Below, one piece after another: positions 20,301 to 32,428 of a stretch of DNA of 48,665 nt. How positions within the stretch are numbered: the first letter of the stretch is position 1; every line of letters starts with the position of its first letter. Position numbers and translations under genes: made by a program. This DNA comes from Mesotaenium endlicherianum (lineage: Eukaryota), in the NCBI GenBank assembly GCA_009602735.1, contig WELA01001035.1:244198-292862 (forward strand). Direction: 5' to 3'. The notes under the pieces were generated by a model. That model had not been told where the DNA came from and did no database searches. It saw nothing but the letters and a program-made list of their open reading frames with translations.

Positions 20301-21019
20301 TGAAATGAATCGACTTACCAAATAGGCGATTAACAATTAATAAAGATCTTTATATCAGCAAGTAATCTTTATGGTATTTCCGTTAACTAGTTAAACGGCA
20401 AAGGACAATACACTAGCAGGGAATAATACTCGTAAGTCAAATGCGAGTAAACTAGCATCAATAATGCAAATCAGTAAACTCATACATAAGCAAGGTTAGA
20501 AGACAGTGCGTATCAATGGCTTCTCGCCTTGGATTCAGATCTCTCTCAGTAAGCTGTACAAGAGAGTTGGCCTCGTTTCCGAATGCCGAACTCGAGAGCA
20601 ATGCCTAGCATATGTACATGGAATGAGTTTACTGTTCAACGGTCAGTGCGATGGCACCGCCTACCCGGGAGTTAACCACGTTGGTAGGACCTTGGTTAAC
20701 CAAATCCACCGCCATCTCCCATCATCCCGAATAGCCATCCATCATGGGGATGTCATCTGGCCATTCATCTAGCATGTCGTACTTAGATGCATATCAAGGC
20801 AGTTCGCTGCTACCGAGCACGGAAGTCAGCTGGCTGTCAAAGAATGTGTCAGCAAGCTGACTTAAGTTGACTTCAGCCTGCTGCCTTCGGCCGAGTCATT
20901 AAACTGATAATTATGTAAAGTCCAGCAGACTGACTATTAACTAAAGTTCAGCAGGCTGAACTTAATTAACTATTAGATTTAAATGAATATTATATCCACT
21001 AATATACTGATTCATTACA
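20301..21019 (-). repeat. 5' LTR of element 2 (719 bp)
   Basis: TG...CA bounded copy of 12285-13005, next to the PBS. Confidence 0.97.
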
Positions 21020-22025
21020 ACCTCGCTCTCTCTCTTCGTGTGTAAGCTGGCAACTGCTACCATATGTTGGGGGTGCTCGGGACAGGCTTGTTTGTCTCTC
21101 TCCTCCCCCCCCCCCCTCTCTCTCTCTCTCTCACAGCAAATCTCTCTCTAACCAAAATCCCAGTCTTGTGTTTTGCCCTGCTTTCTCAGTTCCCCTGGCT
21201 CTCACATGGCTCCCACAAGACACCAGGTGTTGTAGGAGCCTGCTGCGATCGCGTACTTGCCCTTTTCCGATCCTCGGCCCTCGTGTGCATGCACTCAAGG
21301 GTTGTGTTTGAGAAGTCTCTCCTCCCCTTGCCTCCCCCCGTTGGTGTGGTGTGAGATGGCCGGGGACGATGGCAACTGCTGCCGCGCTTTGCCTGGTATG
21401 TGGAATGACCCGGGCAACAGCAGCGGCAGTAGGAGCCGCTGTGGCTCTCTCCCCTAGTCTGGTGTGTGAGGAGGGTGGTGTGTGCGGGGGGTGACGGCAG
21501 CAGCTAGCCCCCCCCGTCCCGGTGTGCGGGGGGCCTGGTGTGTGCAGGATGCGGCAGCGACTGTCCGGATCTGCTTCTGCGTGCTTGAGAATGCAAGGGG
21601 CTGCAAGGTTGCCCATCCTCTTGTCTTGTATTCGGGGTGTGCGGGGGGGGGCGTTGTCCACCAAGAGGGGGCTGCATTGCATGGAAACCTGCTGCCTGAG
21701 CTGTCTGCCGACGTAAGCCCCAAACCCCCCTCCCTCCCTCCCTCTCCCTCTCTCTCGCTCTCTTCCTCCCTCTCCCTCCCCCGCTCCCTCCCCCCGCCCT
21801 CTCTCTCTCNNNNNNNNNNNNNNNNNNNNNNNNNNNNNNNNNNNNNNNNNNNNNNNNNNNNNNNNNNNNNNNNNNNNNNNNNNNNNNNNNNNNNNNNNNN
21901 NNNNNNNNNNNNNNNNNNNNNNNNNNNNNNNNNNNNNNNNNNNNNNNNNNNNNNNNNNNNNNNNNNNNNNNNNNNNNNNNNNNNNNNNNNNNNNNNNNNN
22001 NNNNNNNNNNNNCCCCCCCCCCCCC

Positions 22026-22095
<70 letters not shown>

Positions 22096-22426
22096 TGCTG
22101 TTGTGAGCTGCTGTCATATATCGAAGGGTCGTTGGGGTTGCAGCAGCAGCATGCTTGTTCCATTCTTTCTCTCCTTGTCCCCCCCTCTCTCCCTCTTCCT
22201 CTCTTCTCTCGACAACTCTTTCCCTCTTTCTCTCTCCCTCTTTGTGTGTGCTCTTAGGTTTTTAGCTTTTGTTTATTCTTGTACTGACGTCTTCAACCTT
22301 ATGTGGTTGTCTATGCAGGCAAAGAGGTAAATGAGAGGTCGTTGAGGCACTCCCGCAAGTTGCTTACATCACTTGTAGCGAGGATATTAGCTCCTAGACC
22401 CTAGGATTGAGGCCAGTCATGCTTGT

Positions 22427-22510
22427 AGGCTTATGAAGGTTTTAGCTCTTACAAATTATAGGAGGCTTATGAAGGTTTTAGCTCTTACAATTTATAGGTG
22501 GCTATGAAGT
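22427..22510. repeat. 36-bp tandem duplication (~2.3 copies)
   Basis: AGGCTTATGAAGGTTTTAGCTCTTACAA(A/T)TTATAGG at 22427 and 22463. Confidence 0.85.
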
Positions 22511-23211
22511 TACATTATTGAGGTTTTAGGACTTCAATCAATCTGTAGGAATTAATGTTTGTAACTTTTAAATTAATATAAATATGATTTTATAATGGAG
22601 GCTCCAAGATTGACATATGCACGAGAATTGCCACCTTCATAATGAGTTGAAAGTACCACCTTCATTTTGGTTGGTAAACAATCTAGAAGGAGGCGGAGTC
22701 AAAGAATTTGAAAATAAAGGGTGGAAAAACCAAGTAAGTAAAGGCTGGTAAAACATCTCCAAGGTTGGGCATGTTTTCCATCTTCTGCTGAAGACTGCTT
22801 ACCAACGAAATGCAAATTATTTTTGAAGGTTTTCCAACCAGGAAAAAGGGTGGAAACTGCGCCACCAGCAATCTAAACGGCCGTGAAAATGACGTTTTCT
22901 CCCGTCGACCATTCTCAGGGTGATACGCAGAAATACCTTCTAGAGGGCACGCAAGATTTCGCCCTTCAGTGGCAGCATAAAGTGCTCTTATGTTCTTCTG
23001 GGGGAAAGCTGGAAACTAACGCGCCCTACAGCATGTCTGCATGCGAATGCTTGAAGGTGCGGGGCTCGAGCAAGCTTAGCACACAGGTTGAAACAGAGAG
23101 CACTGTGTTACCGAAGTCTTCCTGTCATAAGGCAGCGAATGCATAGGTTTCTCGACAGCAGTGTGTACTTTTGCCGAAATTCTGTGGCTGCCCTCCAGAG
23201 TCGGCCTCTCG

Positions 23212-26200
23212 ATGGGGAAGGCCTCTAAGGATAAACGAGTAAGCTCGCCTGAGCCCACGATACTGTTCTTTGAAGCATCTTCAGTCTTGTTAAGCAGAAC
23301 ATACCCAAGCACATGTGTTTTTAAACTTGGATAGTGACTGAACCTTGTTTACTGAAGCTGTTTAACAAGTTCTTTCTGCGGTGGACATCAATCACGGCGT
23401 GTACTGTCGCTCAAAGTGGGTAGCTAGATTGACAAAATCTGACGAATACAGCTGGAGTATAGCGCAATCCAGGACGTTCAGGCTTTTCTTCTGCTCTTTT
23501 CTTTGCTTGCCTTTTGTTCCTTCTTCAAACCTGTATCCCATTTGGAGGGGGGGAGGGGGGAAGGGAAGGAGGGGACAAACTGCAAAACTCCTATTGTTCT
23601 TTCATCATCCATTTCTTGCTAAGCGTCAGAATGGTGGGCTGAATTGGCAGGATATCTACTATCGTAAAGCCAAAGAGGAGGGCTGGCGCGCCAGGAGCGC
23701 TTTCAAGCTCCTGCAGATCGATGAGGAGTTTGGCATTCTCGACGGTAAGGGATCGCTTTGCACCCCTGAGACCCAAATATATCTCTCTTTCTCCGTCCCT
23801 GAGGTCCCTATCACGGACTTGCAGACTACTGGCGTAGAGTTTCTTGTCCATGCAAATTTTGAATGCAAATTTTGAATCCGGGCTCTCTTCTTCAGCCTAG
23901 CCCCCCTGTGTTTTCCATGTGTCAAGCTGTTGAAAGACACCCCCAAAAGCACGCAGATATATTGATACGCAGTGTACGCGCCCCCTACCCCTGCGCCTGC
24001 TCCTACTTTGGGCACGCCACATGCCACTTCCTCGCAGCGCTAATCGGCTCATAGCTGTGCTCGTACGATTCCACCTCCTCCTTGACCTCCTATACCCTAA
24101 TCTCAGAACCTGCAACGCTTGCTGTCGCTGTTGCCCACTCGTGCCGCCCCTTTGGCTTGCGCCATCCGCGTGCAACAAGCTCAACTCTCGCCCTCACAGT
24201 CGCTCTTCTGATTGTCAGCGATGAATAAGGGGCAGCAAGCTTTATGCGACAGAGAGAGCGAGTGCTGCATCTTGTCAACATACTTTCTGATGTTGCTTCT
24301 CAGAGCCCCTGGCAGCCAGGCTCTTCGCCCTCAATGCTGCGACAGGCGCCAGAAGTGAGCTGAAACTGAGGGGGTGTGTCTGTGTTCTGGTGTGTGTGTG
24401 TTTGGGGTTTTTGGGGGGGGGTGTTTGCCAGGTGTGAAGAGGGTTGTGGACCTTTGCGCTGCGCCGGGAAGCTGGAGCCAGGTGCGCTGACATGTGGCAC
24501 CGCAGTGACTCGCGGTTCCTGACGTGCACTGACTCCTGGACCTTAAACCCTATCCCTGTCTCTGGAGCATGCTGACCTGCATGGCGTGGCCTTCTCGCCG
24601 ACCACCCTGGGATCCTTCGCCTGCTCAAGCTGCATCTTTCCAATGGCAACACGCCTCCTCAATAACACACCTTAAGCCCGACACTTCTCCTTGCCCCCCC
24701 CCCCNNNNNNNNNNNNNNNNNNNNNNNNNNNNNNNNNNNNNNNNNNNNNNNNNNNNNNNNNNNNNNNNNNNNNNNNNNNNNNNNNNNNNNNNNNNNNNNN
24801 NNNNNNNNNNNNNNNNNNNNNNNNNNNNNNNNNNNNNNNNNNNNNNNNNNNNNNNNNNNNNNNNNNNNNNNNNNNNNNNNNNNNNNNNNNNNNNNNNNNN
24901 NNNNNNNNNNNNNNNNNNNNNNNNNNNNNNNNNNNNNNNNNNNNNNNNNNNNNNNNNNNNNNNNNNNNNNNNNNNNNNNNNNNNNNNNNNNNNNNNNNNN
25001 NNNNNNNNNNNNNNNNNNNNNNNNNNNNNNNNNNNNNNNNNNNNNNNNNNNNNNNNNNNNNNNNNNNNNNNNNNNNNNNNNNNNNNNNNNNNNNNNNNNN
25101 NNNNNNNNNNNNNNNNNNNNNNNNNNNNNNNNNNNNNNNNNNNNNNNNNNNNNNNNNNNNNNNNNNNNNNNNNNNNNNNNNNNNNNNNNNNNNNNNNNCC
25201 CCCCCTGCAGAGGGCGTGGTTTACGGTGGAACAACCTTCAGGCGCGTCTGAGAGCAAGCGGCTTTGCTGTTTTTCTTTTCTCCTTCTCTTCAATTTTTTT
25301 TCTCTGCCCCAGGTGCTCAGCAGAAAGCTGTGGGACCCGCTGGCAGGCGGGGGGGACCACAAAGCTTCGAGAGGGTGAGTGATGCTTATGTGCTCCCGAG
25401 CATTCCACCACCTCCTGGCAGTACACCTGGCAATGCCCCGGCAGTGTTCCTGATTAGTGCGCCTGGCAACATCCCCGGGCTATCTCTCTGAGCAACACAT
25501 GTGGCAACCTTCTTCCTTCAGGCCAGCCTGACTTGGATGGCCCTCTTGCCCCGCCTAAGTCATTTGTGAAAGCATTTGAAAGCGTGCACCTCTACCTGTT
25601 CCCCCTAAACCCAAAACGTCAGGTGGCTTAGCAATCCTGCGCTGCGCTGGGGTCTGCTGTAATGTGTCGCGCGTGCTCGTAGTTCTCCATAGACGGAGGC
25701 TTCCCCATCTGTCCATCACTTGCATGCTTCTGAAATCGCATGCATGCGAGCGACAGGCGTGCGTGATGCGGCGATGCCACCTGTCGTCTCCTGCATAGCC
25801 TCCGCTGCTGCTACTGGTGGTGGTGCTGCTGCCGCAGTGCTGTTCCTGTCGCTGCGTTCCTGTCGGTGCTGCTACCGTGCACTGCCGCTGCCGCTGCTGC
25901 TGGTGCCCCAATGCCAGGGCAAATCCTGCGGCACCCTTGACACCTCTGAGAAGTCTTCTGTGCAATCCTTTGCAGCAAAGCCATCTCCCCCCCTCCTCCC
26001 TCCCTCTCCTTTGTGCATGCCGCGCCGTCAAACCCTCACCCTAAGCCCCCCCACATGCGTGCAGGGAGGAGGGTGTGTGCACCTGCTGCCGTGCCTGACC
26101 TTGGTCCCCTGCGCTGCTGCTGGCGCCGCCGGGCGTGTCCATGCAGGGTGGGAGCTGGAGGCACAGGCATGGGCGCAGGCTCGGGCACAGGCTCGGGCGA

Positions 26201-26766
26201 GGGTCCGGCGGAGGTGCCGCTGATCGTGGCCATTGACTTGCAGCCCATGGCGCCCATCCCTGGGGTGCTGCAGATCCAGGGCGACATCACCAGCGCCCGC
26301 ACCGCCGAGCTGGTGAGGGCCCGTCCCCCTCCACTCCCGTGTCTTGCACTTCAGCACACTCATTCCTCTGAAGCGCACAGTGGAAGGACTTCTGGCAGCC
26401 GATGCCCGCGAGGGGCCGCAAGGGGCCGTGGGGGGGCGCGGTGGGGGGGAGGGAAAGGGGGGAAACTCTGAGGTTCAGTGGAGCAACTTTTTGGTTCGGG
26501 AGTCTCGGACGGCGAGGGCTTTGGCGGAGGTTTTTGGATTCAGGAGGGGCGTGGGCAGTCCGAGATTGGACGTTGAGGTTTTTGGATATGCAGGGCTCTG
26601 TGGCCGCAGTATTTTGCACCTTTTCAACCGTGCATGGATCTGCTTATGCCACTTCCATGATGTGTTCCAAAGGCACACACCCACAGACCTACATGCGCGC
26701 ACCGGCACAGACATCGCACCCACACACACACATGTACACATGCACACAGACAAACATATGCACGCA

Positions 26767-26809
<43 letters not shown>

Positions 26810-29800
26810 GGAACCTGGCGCGTGCGGCTGAGGTGGATCTGATGCACCGAGCCCTTGTCCAGCAAAGTGTGGAGCCTGAGGTTCGTGTTCCGCCGTGTCA
26901 TGCTAAGACAAGACATGACGCGCTGGTGCATGTGCAGGTGATCCAGCACTTTGAGGGGAGCAAGGCCGACCTCGTCGTCTGCGACGGTGCTCCAGATGGT
27001 AGGTACCTCCTTGAGCCCTCACTTCCCTCCCGATTTTTTCTTCTGAGGTCCTCGAGTACTCTGAGCGGAGCCTCTCGTGCTTTCAACAAGCAAGGAGGTT
27101 CATTTCCCTCTTATCCCCCCAGTGCTTTGAAGCGGGCCTCCCTCCTTCCCCCTCCTTTGCAATCCTGCGCTCGCCCTTGTTCTTCCCCTCCCCCTCAGTC
27201 CAGTGCCGTTCCTGCTTTACCTCACCTGGAGCTGAGATACGCATTGGAATCCGACACCTGGCAGGCGTAGGAGCTTCCAGCCACCCTACGGCTCACATGC
27301 CTGTTGGTCTCACTCTTCCCAGTCCGCCTCATTGACGAGCGTAGGTTTGCACTTGCTTGGAGCGAAAAAAAATTCTGAGCGCACTGACTGGAACTTGCCA
27401 CCTGGCATGCATGTGGTTTCCTTGTGTGTGTGCGCGTGCGCGTGTATGTGTGCGTGTGTGCACGCAGTGACGGGGCTGCACGATATGGACGAATTCGTCC
27501 AGTCTCAGCTCATTCTGGCCGTAAGCTGCCACCACCTCCCGCATTACCCCCCCCCCCCTTCCTCCCTTAGCTGGTGCTGGGAGTTACCCCCAATCTGTCA
27601 TCTACCTCCCTCAAGTGCCAGCTGTCACGTGCAAAGCTGGCCAATGGGTTATTGTCGACCTCACTCTCCGATCCTTTCTTTCTCAGAGTTGATGTAAGCG
27701 TTTAAGCAGGAGCAGCCCCATTCTCTTGCGCAGCGCTGCATGCATTCTGTGCTGCCCAGCGTGATTGGGAAGAAGTAGCAACATCCACATGGCACCGTCA
27801 GTGACTCAAAGTCCCCTCCCCATCAGCCCTGCTACTGCTGGAGGGAGGGCGTGTACCCGCTTTAGTGCCTCAGAGGTAGGGGCCAGTGTGAGATAGAGAG
27901 AAGCTCTGGAGAAGGATGAGCAACAGGCCGTAGGAGCGGAGGATGGGGCCCCGGGCCAGTGGTGGGGCAAAAGCACATGCTTGACTCAGGCGTGCGATTG
28001 GGGCTAAGTTGGGGTCAGGTGCACTTGCGTGGCTTAAGGTTAGGGCGTGCGCAGTCAGCCAGCCCACTTCAGGTTGGGTGCAGAGGAGTGTGGGTAGCCA
28101 GCTGCAAGCAAAAGAGCTGAAAACAGTTGCGGCATGTTGTGCATGCTTCCTGTGAAGTCTCTTCGCTTACTTCTTTGCAAGGGCTGCAGTCGAGTGGCGT
28201 GTAATGTACGAGGAAAGTGAACTGAAGGTGCAGCTGGTGTGATGAAGCTGCTGTCCAAGCTGCCGCTGCACGACCAGACCGGAGCTCTCGCGGACTTGGC
28301 CGCAGGGTACGTACGTGGGCGGGGACTCGCCTCGTCAGACCAGCAAGCTGCAAGAGCTCCAGCAGGGGGAGGGAGGCGTTCAGAGCTCAGGGCAAAAGGC
28401 CTTGCAAATTAGGGTTTTGCTGACTGGGCTTGGGGCTCAGACTCGTCGCATGAAGCCAGCAAAAGCTGTGAGGGCTGCAGCAGGGGGGGGGGGGAGGCTT
28501 TCTTTCTAGCCAACGGATTTGATCAAAAATCTCAAAGTTATCTACTCTTGAACGACCGCACGCCGGATCATGTTGGCTGGGGCTGAGGCTGGGGCTGGGG
28601 CTGGGGCTGGCAGGCTCTTACCATTGTGACACATGTCCTGCGACCAGGCGGCAACTTTGTGGCCAAGATCTTCCGCGGCAAGGACATCAGCCTTCTCTAC
28701 TCTCAGGTCTGCCTGCCCTCCTCCTTGCAGAGGCTACCAGCGTGCCCATCGGTCAGCCAGCCAGCCGGCCAGCCAGCCAGCCAGCCAGACAGTCGGGAGT
28801 GAGTTAGAGAACGAGTAAGTTTGAGCGCGCGAGTGAGAGAGAGAGAGTCGGTCTCACAGGCAGCCAGCGAGCTGGGAGAAGGCAAGCGAGCAAGCGAGTG
28901 CGCGAGTGAGTGAAAGTGAGAGCCCGTCGCTGAGGACGCCATGCAGCAACGACGAGCGAGCGAGGGGAGTGAGCGGATGCGAGAGCAGGCGTGCGGTCGG
29001 GCTCGTGACAAGCGCGGCGCCGGATGGCTTGTCTGTGGGCAGCTGAAGATGTTCTTCCCGCGAGTCACGTGTGCCAAGCCCAAGAGCAGCCGCAACTCCA
29101 GCATCGGTGAGCCCGCCCCCCCCTTCCCCCTCCCCTTCCTCCTCGGGGCTCCCTTAGCTCTCTCTCCAGCCCTGAGGGAGCCGGCCGGCCGGCTGGATCC
29201 ACGACCCTCTGTGCAAGAGCCAAGCTCTTGCTGAGCTCTCGCCCAAGCTTTCGCCAACCTCTCTCGACGGAGTCTCTGACCGTGAGCGAAAAAGAAACTG
29301 GCAAAGGCGAGGCGAAGAAGAGCAAGAGCAATGAAGAGGAGCAGGGATTCCTGTGATGCGGTCGAATGGGATTGAGGTGGGGGAGCGCGGCGGTCCTCTT
29401 TTATGTCTCCAGCCGTCCCCTCCTCGCTACCGGGAGGCTCTAGGGTCTCCACCTGTCAAGTGTGCCCCTGGTGTGTTGCTGCCGCGCATGTTTTGGGCAA
29501 GTGATGGCTTCTGAGTCGAGTAAGCCTGGAACTGTCGTCTCTGATAGACGCCAGTGGCTGACATTCGTGAGGATTTGATACCAAGAAAGCGTGGACGTCG
29601 TAAGTAATGACCAGCAACAGGCATGTTTCAGTTTCCGGCCTGGCTTGACATGCGGACGCGGAAAACTGGTCCCGGTTGGCCTCTTCGCACTACTCTTAGC
29701 CACCCTCGCGTTCAACGTCATTGCAAAACGTCTCCTGCGACGGGACATGTCTCCTCTGGAGTCCGCTGCCAAGTCTAATTTCCTTCTCTGTGATTTGGAC

Positions 29801-30156
29801 AAAGTTCGGGGTGCACTCTTGTCAGTTCTGCCGCATTTCTGTTTGCTCTGTCATTCTGTTCTATTCGTTTATCCTGTCCATTCTGTCCATTATTGCATTC
29901 CTTTTGAATGCACGGGTGACCCAATTCTGCTCTGTCCCCCATGAAGTACTTTATAGGCTCATCCGCAACAAATTGTGGGGCTGCGTTGTGTCTCTTCCGT
30001 GACTGTCAATCCGGCCGCCGTCAGCCCACTGGTGATAGCCTTGCACCGAGTACACCGATTTGCTCGTCTCTCTCCCCGTATACATATCTGCCCTCTGACT
30101 TACCCAATTGCTTCGCCTCGACGTTACCAATCAACCGCGCGCAAGCACACACACAC

Positions 30157-30224
<68 letters not shown>

Positions 30225-31262
30225 GCGCGCGCGCGCACACGCATACACGCGCACACTCCGTCCAGGTCCAGCTCTGAGCTCACCCCTACACACACTCGTC
30301 TCTCGAGCTACGAGCAGCCAGTAGTTCCGAACACAATGTCCTCTGCGCAACTTCCTCACCTCGAGCTGCTGGGGCCCTGGACGGACGCGCAGAGGCCTTT
30401 GTGGTGTGCGAGGGCTACAGCCCGCCAGATGGCTTCGTGTCCGGCAAGCTCAGGGCTGTGCTGCACGAGTCTTGCAGCGTCGCGCCCGACCTGGGTGAGT
30501 CACCGACACTCTGCTGGCAGCCTCCTTTGCAACGTTGAAATCAGCCCAAGCTGCGCTTTTTTGCTTGAAGTATGTGTGGTCTCATCTTCTTCGCCCTTTT
30601 AAAAAAAAAAAAAACGTGGATGGAATACTGTTTTGCTGCTTATCTAGTTCTTGCTGGATGTATGTACTGGCAGCAGCGCTGTTACTGGGGTGTTCTTTGC
30701 CGCGTGTTTGACTAGTACAAAAAAACGTCATTGGTGATCTGCCGCTTGGACAATAGATAAGCTCATGCAATTTTGTTTGCCACGCTTGATCTTCCCCCTT
30801 CGAACCTTCGCACAGTGCAAGCCCTGGCTGCTGTTTGTCCTGCCTCGTTCTCTCAACCGTGCACGTGCGTGTCCAATAGAAGGCACCTCGCTCATGTTCG
30901 TTGACACGAATAGCACAGAGCTATGTACTTTTGTGTGTCCATATGTGTTCTTGAGAAAATGTGCGTACCTGCGAGTTTGTAAGTTTTAGTCATGCAACTG
31001 AGTCTGTCTGGTTTGCTGGTTGATCTTGGTTTCTCCGTTTTGGACAGATTGCTCGAGTGCGGGGCTTCACGACCTCTTGATTCCATTCCTTGCGTGCGGA
31101 GACCTCAGCGGCTACGATGCAGACCAGTCTTATCCACTAGACGTCTCAAGCTCAGATACAAATGATGTTACTTATCGAACTCTGGCCCCAGTTCAACCCC
31201 CCATAGCACCACCATATAAGACCGCCAAGGAGCTTGACAAACAAACCCAAAGAAAACAATAA
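23212..31262 (+). CDS. TRM7: tRNA (cytidine32/guanosine34-2'-O)-methyltransferase, FtsJ family. 11 exons: 23212-23238, 23651-23744, 24432-24481, 25313-25374, 26147-26312, 26938-26998, 27468-27520, 28614-28706, 29043-29106, 30393-30494, 31048-31262
   Basis: Phase-consistent GT-AG splicing gives [31 protein letters not shown]...[13 protein letters not shown]...IVAIDLQPM...[19 protein letters not shown]...FVAKIFRG...[13 protein letters not shown]...PFLACGDL...[10 protein letters not shown]. The K-D-K-E tetrad is intact. Confidence 0.96.
30145..30254. repeat. (CA)n/(CG)n microsatellite, one of many intronic CA/GT and CT/GA tracts (also ~22030-22092, 26768-26806, 42248-42317)
   Basis: Directly visible dinucleotide runs. 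Confidence 0.95.
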
Positions 31263-32428
31263 ATATTAAGTACAAGAAAATTGATGCACTGACTCTTCTC
31301 GTCATGGTGAGCTTGTGTGATACAAATTAAAAGCAAGGGCCGACAGTCTAAGCAATTGGCCTTTTTGGCTTCACAATTCTATTTTCGTGAACTTTGAAAA
31401 GTACTGCAATCATTATGTTGAAAACACTGTAGGTATCCTCAAGTTTATTAACGTATTAACACCTCATAACCTACATATGCCGCTAAGATGTTTGACAAGA
31501 GGTTATGAACTCATGACAAGTGTGTGTCTTGGGCATTGAATATATTCATGAATATGCAGGGCCCATGCACTCATTTAGGTCATCCTTTCAACGATTGTGT
31601 CTACAAAGCAATAATAAATTAGCTTCAACATCTTTAAAAAAAAAGAAAACAAGGCTTCAGCGTCGACTCAATCGCATGTCCCTTGCATATCCTCGTCTCA
31701 CTCATCCGCTGATAACCAAGCTTTCAACCAAGCGTTTTGTCTTGCAGAGCAGAAGTTTCCATCTATAGAGGTTAGTTGTGGCCTGTCAAATAGGACTAAA
31801 GATACGTGATTACTGAGATAAATCAGTATGATGATGATCACGCACACACCAATAAGTATTTCCTTCAAAACGTTATAGCAGCAGCAACCTTGCATGTTGT
31901 GCGCATTTTGCCAGACCTTAACATTCTGTCGCAAGTCGGACCGGAAAAAGTGCGCTCTCAGGCTTGAGAAGCTGTCAAATCCCGCTTCACTCACATGTAT
32001 GAGACCTGTATCGCACTTGATCGGTGCACTGCAACTTTCAAATCGTCAACTTTATGAAAACAGGGAAATATAAAAAAAACAATTGTCACTGCCGCAAAAG
32101 CAAAAGGAAGAGTCGTTACGTTACAGAACAACCAGCTGTGTTTCACATGACTCGATGCGTTGACTGAAAACACCTCCATAATGACGTCAACTATCCCTCC
32201 AATCTACTCGTGTCTGTTCCCATCTGCTCCAGTCTGCTCCAATACCACTTCTTCCTTGACCAGCTTTTGATAATAAGCAATAATAAGAAGTGCATAAACG
32301 CTGCATTGATTGGGGCTCAAACTGTATCTCATAATTTCTAGACGAATAGGTTTTGTCGGACTATCTTGAACTGTTAAGGGTCCTTCATGATGCGTGTGCT
32401 TTAACAAACGCCTTTCTTTTCGTGAAGG

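Larger units (their letters stand above)
12285..21019 (-). mobile_element. Full-length Ty3/gypsy chromovirus with an extra 3' ORF (element 2)
   Basis: LTRs TGAAATGAATC...GATTCATTACA, TSD ACCTC at 12280-12284 and 21020-21024, PBS, PPT, gag, pol and ORF3. Confidence 0.98.
9182..22922. mobile_element. Non-autonomous TIR DNA transposon (CMC/EnSpm-like ends) hosting element 2
   Basis: Perfect 22-bp inverted termini CACCCTGAGAATGGTCGACGGG at 9182-9203 and 22901-22922. 2-bp TSD AT (or TA if the TIR is 1 bp longer). The same repeat family lies on both outer flanks. No transposase ORF seen. Confidence 0.75.

Noticed and set aside
21131..22330. Long ORFs spanning N gaps and microsatellites (also 24569-25378 and 29941-30602)
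   Set aside because: Artifacts of N runs and dinucleotide repeats.
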